A DNA stretch of 64,000 nt from an uncultured virus (IMG/VR IMGVR_UViG_3300030060_003029) (lineage: Duplodnaviria; Heunggongvirae; Uroviricota; Caudoviricetes; Crassvirales), in the IMG/VR virus record IMGVR_UViG_3300030060_003029, one strand, 5' to 3'. Position 1 is the first letter of the stretch. Every line of letters begins with the position of its first letter. Positions 18,012 to 28,162 of the stretch are shown in pieces. Position numbers and translations under genes: made by a program. The notes beneath the pieces were generated by a model, which was not told the DNA's origin, did not search any database, and was given only the letters and a program-made list of their open reading frames with translations.

Positions 18012-20480
18012 ATGGAATTTATAGAAAATGCGTTTGAAAAAATAAAAAAGGTTGGTGGATACCCAAGTCCATTTGTTTCTCCAGAAGAAAAAGAAAAAAT
18101 AGAATATGGTTTAGCTTACTTTAAAAAAATGTATCACGACTGGAAAGATAATGCTGATATGAAGGTTGACAGCAGGAGGTCTAGATATGTTAAATCAAGA
18201 AGTTATGCTCAAGGCTCTCAAAATGTATCTAAATATAAAGATCTTTTAGACGTTCAAGGTGATACATCTTATTTAAATCTTGATTGGACTCCAGTTAATA
18301 TAATACCAAAATTTTTAGATTTGATAGTTAATGATTTAGCTAATCAAGAATACGAAGTTATAGCAAGTGCTATAGACCCTATATCTGAAACACTTAGAGA
18401 AAGAGATAAAAAAATGTTATTCTCTAAGATGCTTGTACATCCAGCTATGAAAGAATTTAGCAGGGCTACTGGTTATAACTTAGATCAAAAAGGATATGTC
18501 CCAAAAACTCAAGAAGAGTTAGATATACACATGGCTCTTAATTATAAACAGTCAACAGAGATAGCTGTAGAAAATGGTGTGAAGTTTGTTATGAATGTTA
18601 ATAATTATGATTCTGTAAAAAAAGCAGTTATAAGAGACCTTATAGTTTGTGGTATTGGTGCTACAAAGACATCTATTGATCCAAACACAGGTGTCAAAAT
18701 TAAATACGTAGATCCTGCTAATCTGGTTACATCATATACTAACAATGAGGATTACAGTGATATACAGCATGCTGGAGAAGTTTATACTATAACAATAGGT
18801 GAATTAAAAAGAATAGCTGGAGATCAATTAACTGAAGCTGATTATGAAAAAATAGCTAAAGAGTACGCAGGTAAAAATCATAATAAAGATATAAGCCCAA
18901 ATTATGAGTCATATATGAATGAGTATCAAGACGAGTTTGAATATGACAAGTATAGGGTAACCATAATGGATGCAGAGTTTTTATCTGTTAATGAGCTTAA
19001 GTATGAAAAAAAGAAAAACGCATATGGTGGTTACACTGTAACAAAGAAAAAAGGTAAATACAAAAAGCCAAAGAAATCTAAGTTTGAGAGAGAGCTTATA
19101 AAAACATCTGTTAAAGTTGTTTATTCAGGTAAATGGATAGTTGGTACAGATTACTGTATAAATTATGGTTTAGCTAAAAATATGATGAGAAACAAGTCTA
19201 ATTTAACAGAGACTAAATTATCATATGTTGTATATGCACCTGGAACACACAAGATGGTTAACAAGTCTATGGTTGAGAGAATGATTCCATTTGCAGACCA
19301 GATTCAGCTTGCACACCTAAAGCTCCAACAAGTGATAGCTAAAGCAAGGCCAAAAGGTGCTGCATTTGAATTAGGTGCATTAGAAAATGTATCAAAAGGT
19401 GATGGTGGAACATTTACTCCCCTAGAGTTACAAGAAATATATGACCAAACAGGTAATATATATTATAGAACAATTTCTGATACTGGAGAGCCAACAGGTG
19501 CTGTTCCAATACAGGAGTTAGAAAATGGAATAGGTGGTGACATGCAAAAGCTTATATCTATATATGCACATAATCTTCAAATGATTAGAGATGTCACTGG
19601 TGTAAATGAAGCTAGAGAAGGGGCTAAACCTCCAAGTGAAGCTTTGGTTGGTGTTCAGAAACTACAGTTAATGGCTTCTAATAATGCTACTAGAAATATA
19701 AACGATGGATATTTAAGTATAACCAAGAGGGTTGCAGAATGCATATGCATGAGACTTCAGGATGTTATATCTAATAAAAAGAAATTAAAATCTTACACAA
19801 GTGCATTGGGTAAATCAACAATGTCTATGTTTGGTATTAATAAAGATATATCTCTACATGAATTTGGTATAACTCTTGATGTTGCTCCAAATGAAGAAGA
19901 AAAAAGCCAGCTTGAAGCTAATTTACAAATGTCTTTGGCACAAAAAGAAATAAGACTTGAAGATGTTATAACAATTAGAAGAATCAAAAATGTAAAACTT
20001 GCTAATCAAGTTTTAATGTTTAGAAGAAAAAAGTATCAAGAAGAAGAAGAGAGAAAGTCTAAAGAAGCTCAAAAAATGAACGCTGAAATACAGAGGCAAA
20101 CTACAGAGCAACAGTCTCAATTAAAAATGCAAGAAACTCAACTTATGGCTCAAATAGAACAAGCTAAAATAGAGTCTGAATCTCAAGCAGAACTTATGAG
20201 GCTTGAAGCAGAGTATAAGTTAAAGAATCAATTAGATGATATGCAACACCAAAGAAGAATGAAAGAAATTGCTCTTAATAATTCTGGTAAAAAAGAAGTT
20301 GCTGATGTTTCAGGAAAGGTTAAGTTAGAATCTCAAGATAGAGCTGCCTATAATCAATCTAGGATAGTTGAACAAAAAAGAGATAGAGCATTACCACTTA
20401 CAGCAGTGGATCCTATTCAAGACTTACCACCACAAATACAAGAAAATGTTAACAATCCCCTACCAAATATTTTTAAATAA
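18012..20480 (+). CDS. Portal protein
   Basis: 822 aa immediately after TerL; IIPKFLDLIVN, RDVTGVNEAREG, long C-terminal coiled coil as in crAss-like portals. Confidence 0.9.
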   Translation: MEFIENAFEKIKKVGGYPSPFVSPEEKEKIEYGLAYFKKMYHDWKDNADMKVDSRRSRYVKSRSYAQGSQNVSKYKDLLDVQGDTSYLNLDWTPVNIIPKFLDLIVNDLANQEYEVIASAIDPISETLRERDKKMLFSKMLVHPAMKEFSRATGYNLDQKGYVPKTQEELDIHMALNYKQSTEIAVENGVKFVMNVNNYDSVKKAVIRDLIVCGIGATKTSIDPNTGVKIKYVDPANLVTSYTNNEDYSDIQHAGEVYTITIGELKRIAGDQLTEADYEKIAKEYAGKNHNKDISPNYESYMNEYQDEFEYDKYRVTIMDAEFLSVNELKYEKKKNAYGGYTVTKKKGKYKKPKKSKFERELIKTSVKVVYSGKWIVGTDYCINYGLAKNMMRNKSNLTETKLSYVVYAPGTHKMVNKSMVERMIPFADQIQLAHLKLQQVIAKARPKGAAFELGALENVSKGDGGTFTPLELQEIYDQTGNIYYRTISDTGEPTGAVPIQELENGIGGDMQKLISIYAHNLQMIRDVTGVNEAREGAKPPSEALVGVQKLQLMASNNATRNINDGYLSITKRVAECICMRLQDVISNKKKLKSYTSALGKSTMSMFGINKDISLHEFGITLDVAPNEEEKSQLEANLQMSLAQKEIRLEDVITIRRIKNVKLANQVLMFRRKKYQEEEERKSKEAQKMNAEIQRQTTEQQSQLKMQETQLMAQIEQAKIESESQAELMRLEAEYKLKNQLDDMQHQRRMKEIALNNSGKKEVADVSGKVKLESQDRAAYNQSRIVEQKRDRALPLTAVDPIQDLPPQIQENVNNPLPNIFK

Positions 20481-20505
20481 TTAGTAGATTGTTAATAAAA
20501 TATAA

Positions 20506-20513
20506 TATATTTG
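20506..20513 (+). promoter_or_regulatory. -7 promoter element TATATTTG for the scaffold/capsid operon
   Basis: Perfect TAnnTTTG in the intergenic gap; TGTTAATAA box at 20490-20498. Confidence 0.8.
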
Positions 20514-20545
20514 CAAAAAGTAATAACAATTTAATTTAATATAAT

Positions 20546-21727
20546 ATGGCTGAAGAAAATTTAGATGTAGCTAGTGCATTTAGCGAATTAACTGGCACAG
20601 AAATAGAAGTTTCCCCTAACTCTGCACCAACTGAAAATAGTGCAGATTCAAATTTGGAAAACAATGTTGTTGATTTAACAACACCAGAACAAGAGGTGGA
20701 ACAAGAACAAGAGACTCCTATGGAAATGACTCAAGAAGAGGAAAGTCCACAGGAGATTATAGAAAGCTCTTTGAAATCAGATTCTCATGAAGAACAAGGC
20801 GATCAAGAAGCTGAAAGCCAAGAATATGAAAATGATTCATATGATAAAACATTATCTACGCTAAACGAAACGTATGGCACAGATTATGATAATTTAGATG
20901 AATTGTTAGACGATTTAGAAGCAGAAAAAAATGATGTTGGTTTTGCTAATGAACAAGTAGAAGAACTTAACAGATTTGTTTCTGAGACTGGGAGAAGTCC
21001 ACAGGACTTTTTTAAAACACAAACACAGAATTATGACGAAATGTCTGATTCTAATATAATAAAAGAGTATTTATCTCTTGAAAACCCAGAACTAACCCAG
21101 AAGGAAATAGATCTTTTTTTCGACAGCACGTATAAGCTTGATGAGAATAAATACAACTCTGAAGAAACTGAATTAGGAAAAGTTCATTTAAAAAGAGATG
21201 TTTCTAAAGCTAGGCAGGAGTTGAAAGAACTTCAACAAGAATACTGGTCTCCAGAAAAAAATAAAGATGGGTACTCTGAAGAAGATTTTCAACAAATACA
21301 ACAAGAACAAGACCAGGCTAGAGAAACATTTTATAATGACATGGACAGGGAGTTAGATGACATTGATTCATTAACATTTGAAATAAATGAAAGTGGAGAA
21401 ACATTTAACTACCAACTAACAGAAGAGGATAAACAAGTTGTTGGAGAAGCAATATCTAATTTAGATGACTTCTTCGATCCTTACATGGATAAGGATGGTA
21501 ATATAAATAAAGAATCTTTGGCTTTAGATATTATGGCTATGAAGCTGCAAGGCAAAATAATCAAAAGTGTCGCAAGTCAATATAGGTCTAAAGGATCTGA
21601 ACAAGTTCTTAGAGATATTAAAAATCCATCTTTTGAACCTGCTAAGGTTACTGATAACAAAGAGGGTAATTCTATTGGAGACCAGATAGGCAAACAAATT
21701 TTTGGCGATTCTACTCTATGGGATTAA
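20546..21727 (+). CDS. Putative capsid scaffolding protein
   Basis: Highly acidic, helical, between portal and capsid genes. Confidence 0.7.
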   Translation: MAEENLDVASAFSELTGTEIEVSPNSAPTENSADSNLENNVVDLTTPEQEVEQEQETPMEMTQEEESPQEIIESSLKSDSHEEQGDQEAESQEYENDSYDKTLSTLNETYGTDYDNLDELLDDLEAEKNDVGFANEQVEELNRFVSETGRSPQDFFKTQTQNYDEMSDSNIIKEYLSLENPELTQKEIDLFFDSTYKLDENKYNSEETELGKVHLKRDVSKARQELKELQQEYWSPEKNKDGYSEEDFQQIQQEQDQARETFYNDMDRELDDIDSLTFEINESGETFNYQLTEEDKQVVGEAISNLDDFFDPYMDKDGNINKESLALDIMAMKLQGKIIKSVASQYRSKGSEQVLRDIKNPSFEPAKVTDNKEGNSIGDQIGKQIFGDSTLWD

Positions 21728-21772
21728 AAACATGTATTAAAATAAATTATTAAAAAATAAAAATTATAAATT

Positions 21773-23209
21773 ATGGCAAGTGTAAGTTTAGGTTCTGGGA
21801 TGGTGCTTAACCCAACTAGTGTTAAGTTGGCTACTCAGGACAATTACGTAAGTGCTCTAACTACTGCTGCTTTAGCTATGCATAAGCGAGACGTAGATGA
21901 GAACTTTGTTAAAAGATATGGTAATCAAGGTATTACTGGTCTTTTAGAGTTGGTTGGTGCTAAAAAAGAAGCAACACAATCAACATTTCAACATTATGAA
22001 GAAGCGTTTATTCACAACACTGTAAAAGTTGCTTTTACTAATGCTAGCCCATCAGGGATTGGCAGTGAGAATTTAACTTTTATAGCTGAGGATAACGTGG
22101 ATCAATTAACAGACCCAGCAGATGCGTCTATTTCAGGAACAAATGAAGATATGCCTGTAAGAGTTGGTGATTTATTACTAACTAATCAGGGTGATATTTT
22201 ATATGTTCACACTTTAACTCAACATGCATCAGCACCAACAATCGCTGTTTACAACACTCAGGGATCAACTTGGTCTGGTTCTGGTTATGATACTTCATCT
22301 GGTGAGTATGTTACTATTATTGGTAATACTTACGCAGAGAATACTGACCAGCCTGCATCAATGCTTCCAAGAATACATACTTATGAAAATAATGTTATGA
22401 TTATCAAGGAATCATTTGAGGTATCAGGTACTGAAGCTACTAACGTAATTTACTTTAAAGTAGATAACGAAAAGATGGGTTCTGGTTACTTATGGTACTT
22501 AAAGGGTGAAGCTGATACTTATAAGCGATTCTTAGATTATTGCGAATTACAATTAATCTTAGGAAAGCAAGTTGTATCAGGTCAAACTAATATGACTCAA
22601 AAAGGTACTGAAGGTTTGTTAGATTTTATTGAAAGTCGAGGTCAGTCTATGGACTTGGGTTCTTCTGCAATAACTATGGCAGACTTTGATGCTATCGTTA
22701 AGTCTTTAGATAAATATCGAGGTGCTAAAGAAATGGCTCTTTACGCTGGTATTGATTTATCTTTAGATATTGATGACTTATTAGCTGCTCAAGGTGCGTA
22801 TGCTGCTGGTGGTGCTAACTATGGTACGTTTAACAACAATAAAAACATGGCGTTAAACTTAGGCTTCAACTCATTCTCTAGAGGTGGATATACATTTCAT
22901 AAGAAAACTTATGATTTATTTAATCACCCTAAGTTAGTAGGAGCTTCTGGATTTAATTATCCTGGCTATGGTATGTGTATTCCTATGGATACTCAGCGTG
23001 ATGCTAAGAGTGGTTCAAAGATACCATCACTTAGAATCAGATATAAAGCTGCAAATGGTTATTCAAGAGAGATGGAACACTGGTTAACAGGTTCTGCTGT
23101 TCTTAAGAATAAGACTAATTCTGAAGATAACTTGAAGTCTCACTATAGAACTGAGAGAGGATTTGAAGGATTTGCTCCTAACAGATTTATGTTAATCAAG
23201 AAATCTTAA
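21773..23209 (+). CDS. Major capsid protein
   Basis: 478 aa after scaffold; WYLKGEADT...GTEGLLDFIESRG and HYRTERG motifs; biased codon usage. Confidence 0.9.
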   Translation: MASVSLGSGMVLNPTSVKLATQDNYVSALTTAALAMHKRDVDENFVKRYGNQGITGLLELVGAKKEATQSTFQHYEEAFIHNTVKVAFTNASPSGIGSENLTFIAEDNVDQLTDPADASISGTNEDMPVRVGDLLLTNQGDILYVHTLTQHASAPTIAVYNTQGSTWSGSGYDTSSGEYVTIIGNTYAENTDQPASMLPRIHTYENNVMIIKESFEVSGTEATNVIYFKVDNEKMGSGYLWYLKGEADTYKRFLDYCELQLILGKQVVSGQTNMTQKGTEGLLDFIESRGQSMDLGSSAITMADFDAIVKSLDKYRGAKEMALYAGIDLSLDIDDLLAAQGAYAAGGANYGTFNNNKNMALNLGFNSFSRGGYTFHKKTYDLFNHPKLVGASGFNYPGYGMCIPMDTQRDAKSGSKIPSLRIRYKAANGYSREMEHWLTGSAVLKNKTNSEDNLKSHYRTERGFEGFAPNRFMLIKKS

Positions 23210-23235
23210 TTATTAACCTTATAAAAGTTTTATAG
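23207..23235 (+). repeat. Intergenic motif TAATTATTAACCTTwTAAAA(G)TTTTATA, copy 1 (copy 2 at 23644-23670)
   Basis: Near-identical stop-to-start spacers before both post-capsid paralogs. Confidence 0.8.
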
Positions 23236-23238
23236 AAA

Positions 23239-23646
23239 ATGGATTCAATATTACAAGAAAAATTCCTATACTTTCAAGAGGCTAAGTCTGGAGGAGGAAG
23301 TACAGTAGGTGCAGATGATGTAGCTATGTATAAAATCTCTGACTTTTTAGGTTTTGATACTCAAGCTGGTGACACTAACGCAACAACTCTAAACATGAGA
23401 TTTAAGCCTATGAAAAGGTCTGCTCTTGTTACTGATGAGGGTGGTGTTGGTGAAGAAACAGATGTTATGGTATTAGCTGTTAAAGCTAGTACTCAGAAGT
23501 CTGTTATGCAAAACATCCTTGATAAAATCAATGAGCCACTTGCAAGGGATGGAGGTTTTATTGTGATTGCTGATGTTCCAAGTTCTGAGTTTGTAGATGC
23601 TAATATAACTGGTTGTACAGTTACATTAAGAGCTGCTACAGCATAA
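23239..23646 (+). CDS. Putative capsid accessory/decoration protein (paralog A)
   Basis: Follows MCP; shares FLYF...D(V/L)(M/I)xL...IN...GFxVIAD pattern with the next gene. Confidence 0.6.
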   Translation: MDSILQEKFLYFQEAKSGGGSTVGADDVAMYKISDFLGFDTQAGDTNATTLNMRFKPMKRSALVTDEGGVGEETDVMVLAVKASTQKSVMQNILDKINEPLARDGGFIVIADVPSSEFVDANITGCTVTLRAATA

Positions 23647-23673
23647 TTATTAACCTTTTAAAATTTTATAAAT

Positions 23674-24054
23674 ATGAAAATGTTATATTTTATGAACGCC
23701 TCAGATGGAGCTTTCAACTCTAACACATCTACAGCACCAGATGCTGTGTGTTACCCATTGTCAAAACTAAAAGGAGTTACTTCAAAAGATACTAATGAGT
23801 TTTATATGTACTTTGATTCTGCTCAAGCAGCAGGAACAGATGAGGCAAATGACACTTCAGGTACTGATTTAATTACTTTTACGATAAATACTGCTGATAA
23901 TCATAAACAAGCGTGTAGAGACGTTGTTGAGGTTATTAATAAGCATTTATCTAAAGACCATGGATTTGCTGTTATTGCTGATACTGCTAATAGTATCACT
24001 CCAAGTGATGATATTAGTTCGACATTCACAATACTGACTGATAATCCAGCTTAA
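23674..24054 (+). CDS. Putative capsid accessory/decoration protein (paralog B)
   Basis: MLYF...DLITFTI...VINK...GFAVIAD. Confidence 0.6.
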   Translation: MKMLYFMNASDGAFNSNTSTAPDAVCYPLSKLKGVTSKDTNEFYMYFDSAQAAGTDEANDTSGTDLITFTINTADNHKQACRDVVEVINKHLSKDHGFAVIADTANSITPSDDISSTFTILTDNPA

Positions 24055-24060
24055 TAGGCA

Positions 24061-24157
24061 ACTGTCTTGAAATGATATATAGGCAGTATAAAGAACATAT
24101 CTAAGGAAAGTGGGGTAGCCATGCATGTAAAAGCCCTGTTACTCCCTTTCCAAGGGT
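24061..24157 (+). other. Two intergenic hairpins (structured RNA or attenuator)
   Basis: ACTGTCT/AGGCAGT stem and a 14-bp GGAAAG-T-GGGGTAGC/GTTACTCC-CTTTCC stem. Confidence 0.6.
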
Positions 24158-24191
24158 ATTTAATTTTAATTTTAATTTAATATTTAATATA

Positions 24192-25112
24192 ATGAATAAG
24201 AAAAAAACATTCCCAAAAAAGAAAGCTGAAGTTAATACAGGAGTATTAGAACCAGTTGAGGCAGAGGTAGACTTTAAAGTTCCTCCAATGCCAAAAAAAT
24301 CAAACAATCCTTTTGCTAACAATCCTTTTAATAAAACATCTGAAAAACCATCTATATACCAATTAATTAAAGGTAGAAAGAAAGATAGGTCAGGAAGATG
24401 GAAATACCCTGTTGTATATATGATTAGAGCAGAAGACATTATTTATGATCCTATAAAACAGGTTAATAGAAAAATAAGATATATACCTGGAGAAGCTTCT
24501 ATCTATGAAGATGAACAAAAGAAAGACTCTAAGGTTAGAGCACCTATAACATTTAGTGAAGGCTTTATTACTGTTAGTAATCAGAACCCAACTTTGAAAA
24601 ACTATTTAGATGTTTGTAATGCTAACAAAAACAATCCTAATAGAATGAAAAATAATGCACCATCTTTTCAATTGGTAGATAAATCTTCAGATGCTAAGAA
24701 GATTATAGATAGAGAGATGAAAGAGATAGATGCTATGCAGTTAGCACTTAAAATGCCTTTTGGAAAGCTAGTTGGTTACGCTAAGGTTTTAGGTGTTAAT
24801 GTTGATAAGTCAACAGAAGAAATTAGATATGACATGAAAATGTTAGCTAAGAAAGATCCTCGTTCTTTTATTGCAGGATTAGATGATCCTAAGACAGCTA
24901 TAAAAGAGGTTATTGTTAACGCTAGAGAGTATGGAATTATAGATATTCAAGTAAATAGAGTATCTTGGAAAAAAGGTAACGAAAGAGTGTTGATAACACA
25001 TATACCTATTGGAGTTAATGGAGTTAACCACTTTGCAGACTTCTGTTTAGATGGAGATGGTGAGCTAGTTTTAGAAGAAATGAAAAAACAAATAGCTAAA
25101 TTTAACAGCTAA
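24192..25112 (+). CDS. Conserved hypothetical morphogenesis-module protein
   Basis: RKIRYIPGEASIYEDEQ...FSEGFITV...NPTLKNYL; located between capsid and ring genes. Confidence 0.7.
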   Translation: MNKKKTFPKKKAEVNTGVLEPVEAEVDFKVPPMPKKSNNPFANNPFNKTSEKPSIYQLIKGRKKDRSGRWKYPVVYMIRAEDIIYDPIKQVNRKIRYIPGEASIYEDEQKKDSKVRAPITFSEGFITVSNQNPTLKNYLDVCNANKNNPNRMKNNAPSFQLVDKSSDAKKIIDREMKEIDAMQLALKMPFGKLVGYAKVLGVNVDKSTEEIRYDMKMLAKKDPRSFIAGLDDPKTAIKEVIVNAREYGIIDIQVNRVSWKKGNERVLITHIPIGVNGVNHFADFCLDGDGELVLEEMKKQIAKFNS

Positions 25113-25135
25113 TAAAAATTCTATATCTGTTTTTT

Positions 25136-25168
25136 AGAGGGGGTTGCTTTTGTAACCCTCTTTTTTTT
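25136..25168 (+). terminator. Rho-independent terminator
   Basis: GAGG-GGGTTGC-TTTT-GTAACCC-TC followed by T8. Confidence 0.85.
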
Positions 25169-25170
25169 GT

Positions 25171-25178
25171 TATATTTG
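25171..25178 (+). promoter_or_regulatory. -7 promoter element TATATTTG (near-leaderless transcript of the tail operon)
   Basis: Directly after the terminator, 6 nt before ATG 25185. Confidence 0.75.
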
Positions 25179-25184
25179 TATATT

Positions 25185-25847
25185 ATGACAATAGATGAAG
25201 TATATAAATTTGTAAAGCTAATGGCCAATAAAGAAAACAGGGGTTGGATAAAACCATCTGAATTTAATTTATTAGCCACTAGAGCACAGTTGGATCTTAT
25301 TAAAGATAGAGTTGGTAGTATTTCTCAAGATGGTGTTGTTAATGGATATAAAGATAATTCTCAATTGCAAGACGAATTGTATGGAGTAATAACTGAAGCT
25401 ACTTTAACAGTTACTAGTGAAGTTTTTACATTCCCAGCAGATTACTTAAATTTTTTAAGCTTAACATATAATGGTGTTGAGGTTGATATGGTAAACTCTA
25501 GTTCAATAACTAGAAGGGTAAAAAGTCAATTAAACCCACCAACTGAAGATTTTCCAGTAGGTGTAATAACTTCAACAGGTTTTAGAATTTATATTACTGA
25601 TAGTGGTCCAATTAATAATGGAAATGTTATTTTAAGATATATACAAACTCCAACAGCTCCAAATTGGACATTTAATGTAATAAACAATATAGAAGTTTAT
25701 AACCCATCTAGTGCAGTTCAGTTAACTTTAACAGAAGGCACACATAAAGAAATTGCTCACAGAATATTGGCATACATTGGTGTAACTCTTAGAGAAGCCA
25801 ATATAGTAGAATATGGTACAACAACAGTAGTAGAACAAGGTAAATAA
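25185..25847 (+). CDS. Head-tail ring / tail tubular protein (start revised to MTIDEVY)
   Basis: NKENRGWIKPSEFNLLA...FPADY...LRYIQTP pattern of podovirus/crAss ring proteins. Confidence 0.75.
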   Translation: MTIDEVYKFVKLMANKENRGWIKPSEFNLLATRAQLDLIKDRVGSISQDGVVNGYKDNSQLQDELYGVITEATLTVTSEVFTFPADYLNFLSLTYNGVEVDMVNSSSITRRVKSQLNPPTEDFPVGVITSTGFRIYITDSGPINNGNVILRYIQTPTAPNWTFNVINNIEVYNPSSAVQLTLTEGTHKEIAHRILAYIGVTLREANIVEYGTTTVVEQGK

Positions 25848-27445
25848 TGGCAACAAAAGGACAAATAGTAGAACAAGTTCTTAAATTAGTAAATGGTGGA
25901 GATATAAGTGATGACTCTAAAGCTACAATGCAAGAGGTTGGAACTCTCTTAGAACATGAGAGAGATGCTTTAGTTCGAAAAACTGTAATGGAAAACGCTG
26001 CTATAGGAGAGCATGAAATCCCAAGTGAATTTTTAAGTTATCATAAATTATTGTTATCAGGAGATGAAACTTTTGGAAGTTCTCCAAGACCATACGCAAA
26101 ACTTCCTCAAATGCCAGTAAATCTACCAAACGATGGAAGCATATATAGGGTTTGTAAAATAGCTAGTCCAGCGTATAAGGATCATGTTGATGCTTTTAAT
26201 GTTATAGCACCAGCTTATACTCAAGATAATGGTGCTTATAGTGATAATGGTTTTGACTTTACCCTTAAAACAGGGACTCATGATATAGGAAATAAGTTTG
26301 TTTTATCCTTTAAACATGGGCCAGACAATTCAAATCTTAAAGACTATCAATTCACGTTTAATTATGAAGAGCCATCAGACTCTTATAATAATGCTAGGCC
26401 AGTTACTGAAAGAAGTATTAAGCCAGCTTTCCTGCATTTTAGTTTAATGAAAAACGAAGCTTTTACTAAATTTTTAGAAGGAAATCGTTTATATTTTCAC
26501 TACTTTCAACATAATGAAGGCGTAAATGATAGTTTTAGAGAAAATTTTAGATTTATAAGTAGTGATCTTGCTAGTAGTTTTGGTGCAGCAAACGCTGATA
26601 ATTTTGATATAAAGTCAGTTTTAACAAATGAATCTATCATAACTACAGATACAGCAAACCCAACACTTAATTCTTCGTGGACTGCAGGTGACCAAGACAC
26701 ATACCCCACATCAGGATTAATCGTCCAGATATGGTATCCTAAAAATAAAAGATTATTTGATATGGAGGCAGACTCTTTGGGTGTTAAAGCCAAAGGTTCT
26801 TGTTATTTAAACTGTGCATTAACAATAGATGCAGAAGAAATGGAAAGTGGTGCATACGAGGGTGTAACTTCTGCAGGAGTTAGAAAAATGTTTATCAATA
26901 GGTTTGGTGCAATTTTAAAACAATATGGAGTTGAGGTTGATTTTCTTACAGAAAATACTACCACATTAACTTTTAAAGAATCTTACCCACTTGGAGGTTT
27001 TTCTAATGTTGTAGTTCCAACCATTGGTACTGTTGGTGGTACTTTAGCTTCTTATTCTGCAGTAGCTGGCAGTAAAGAACTTTCTGAATTAGCTAAAGGC
27101 AATGATATGACTTGCTACTCTAGGATGCCTAATCCTGGTATATATTCAAGAATGTATGATAGTGCTATAAATTTAAGTGGTAGAAAATACTGGTACAGAC
27201 AAGAGGGTAGAATATACTTATATAATGAAGCTTTAAATTTTGATTTAGGGTTTGGTGAAATAAGTAATGCAGAGTCTTACATATTAGTATGGATGCTGTC
27301 AAAATCAAGTTCTTTAGGATTTAACGATGAGTTTCCTATACCATCAGACTCAATAAAAGATATAATTGCTTCTTTGGTTTCTACATTCACGACTATGAGA
27401 GCAGCAAAAGAAGATTTAACTAATGATAATGTAGATATAGTATAA
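25847..27445 (+). CDS. Tail ring protein with large central insertion
   Basis: Ring-like N-terminus (LPQMPVNLPND) and C-terminus (YWYRQEGRIYL...DEFPIPSD) flank about 300 extra aa. Confidence 0.6.
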   Translation: MATKGQIVEQVLKLVNGGDISDDSKATMQEVGTLLEHERDALVRKTVMENAAIGEHEIPSEFLSYHKLLLSGDETFGSSPRPYAKLPQMPVNLPNDGSIYRVCKIASPAYKDHVDAFNVIAPAYTQDNGAYSDNGFDFTLKTGTHDIGNKFVLSFKHGPDNSNLKDYQFTFNYEEPSDSYNNARPVTERSIKPAFLHFSLMKNEAFTKFLEGNRLYFHYFQHNEGVNDSFRENFRFISSDLASSFGAANADNFDIKSVLTNESIITTDTANPTLNSSWTAGDQDTYPTSGLIVQIWYPKNKRLFDMEADSLGVKAKGSCYLNCALTIDAEEMESGAYEGVTSAGVRKMFINRFGAILKQYGVEVDFLTENTTTLTFKESYPLGGFSNVVVPTIGTVGGTLASYSAVAGSKELSELAKGNDMTCYSRMPNPGIYSRMYDSAINLSGRKYWYRQEGRIYLYNEALNFDLGFGEISNAESYILVWMLSKSSSLGFNDEFPIPSDSIKDIIASLVSTFTTMRAAKEDLTNDNVDIV

Positions 27446-28158
27446 TGTATATAAAGTTAGAAGAAATAGTAAATGATATTCTTGTAGAAGAAGGTAAAAC
27501 AAGTGAGAATGAATTTCTCAGATATTTTAAACTTGGATTAAATGGTTTAAAAGAATTTAACTTTGATATTAGTGGTGGAATAAGAACTGCAGAACTTATA
27601 GTTGACGCTAACACATTAACTGCTACACTTCCTGGTGATTACGTTAAATATACAAAGATAGGGGTTTATGGTAATGATGGAGATATACATCCTTTAGGTT
27701 TAAGAAATCAAAAATCACTTATATCTACTGCTGCTAATTCCACTCAAGTGAATGATGATGAATTAAACCCAACTTATTTTGAATATACTCAAGAATATGG
27801 TGTTGGTGGTGGAAATAATGCTAATGGATATTATAGAGTTGATTTAGAAAACTCTACAATACATTTTAGTTCTGACTTGTCAGCAAAAAAGATTATTTTA
27901 GAATATATATCTAATTCTCTTAGACATCCAAAAGAGGGACATGTTGTTGTTCATGAGTTTATGGTTGACGCAATGAAGTCTTACATATATTGGAAGTCTA
28001 TGCAGAGAAAGAGGAATTTTCCTCCAGCAGAAAAAGAAGCTGCAAAGAAAGAGTATTATAATGAAAAGAGACTTGCGAGAGCTAGAATGTTAAGTTTTAC
28101 AAAACAAGAAGCTTTACAGACTATAAGAAAATCGTTTAAACAAGCTCCAAAAATTTAG
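27445..28158 (+). CDS. Tail ring / adaptor protein
   Basis: LPGDYVKYTKIG, IILEYIS, DAMKSYIYW. Confidence 0.75.
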   Translation: MYIKLEEIVNDILVEEGKTSENEFLRYFKLGLNGLKEFNFDISGGIRTAELIVDANTLTATLPGDYVKYTKIGVYGNDGDIHPLGLRNQKSLISTAANSTQVNDDELNPTYFEYTQEYGVGGGNNANGYYRVDLENSTIHFSSDLSAKKIILEYISNSLRHPKEGHVVVHEFMVDAMKSYIYWKSMQRKRNFPPAEKEAAKKEYYNEKRLARARMLSFTKQEALQTIRKSFKQAPKI

Positions 28159-28162
28159 ATAA

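Noticed and set aside
24133..24157. H-type pseudoknot GCCCU/AGGGU
   Set aside because: A 1-nt linker cannot span the 14-bp stem; at most an alternative fold
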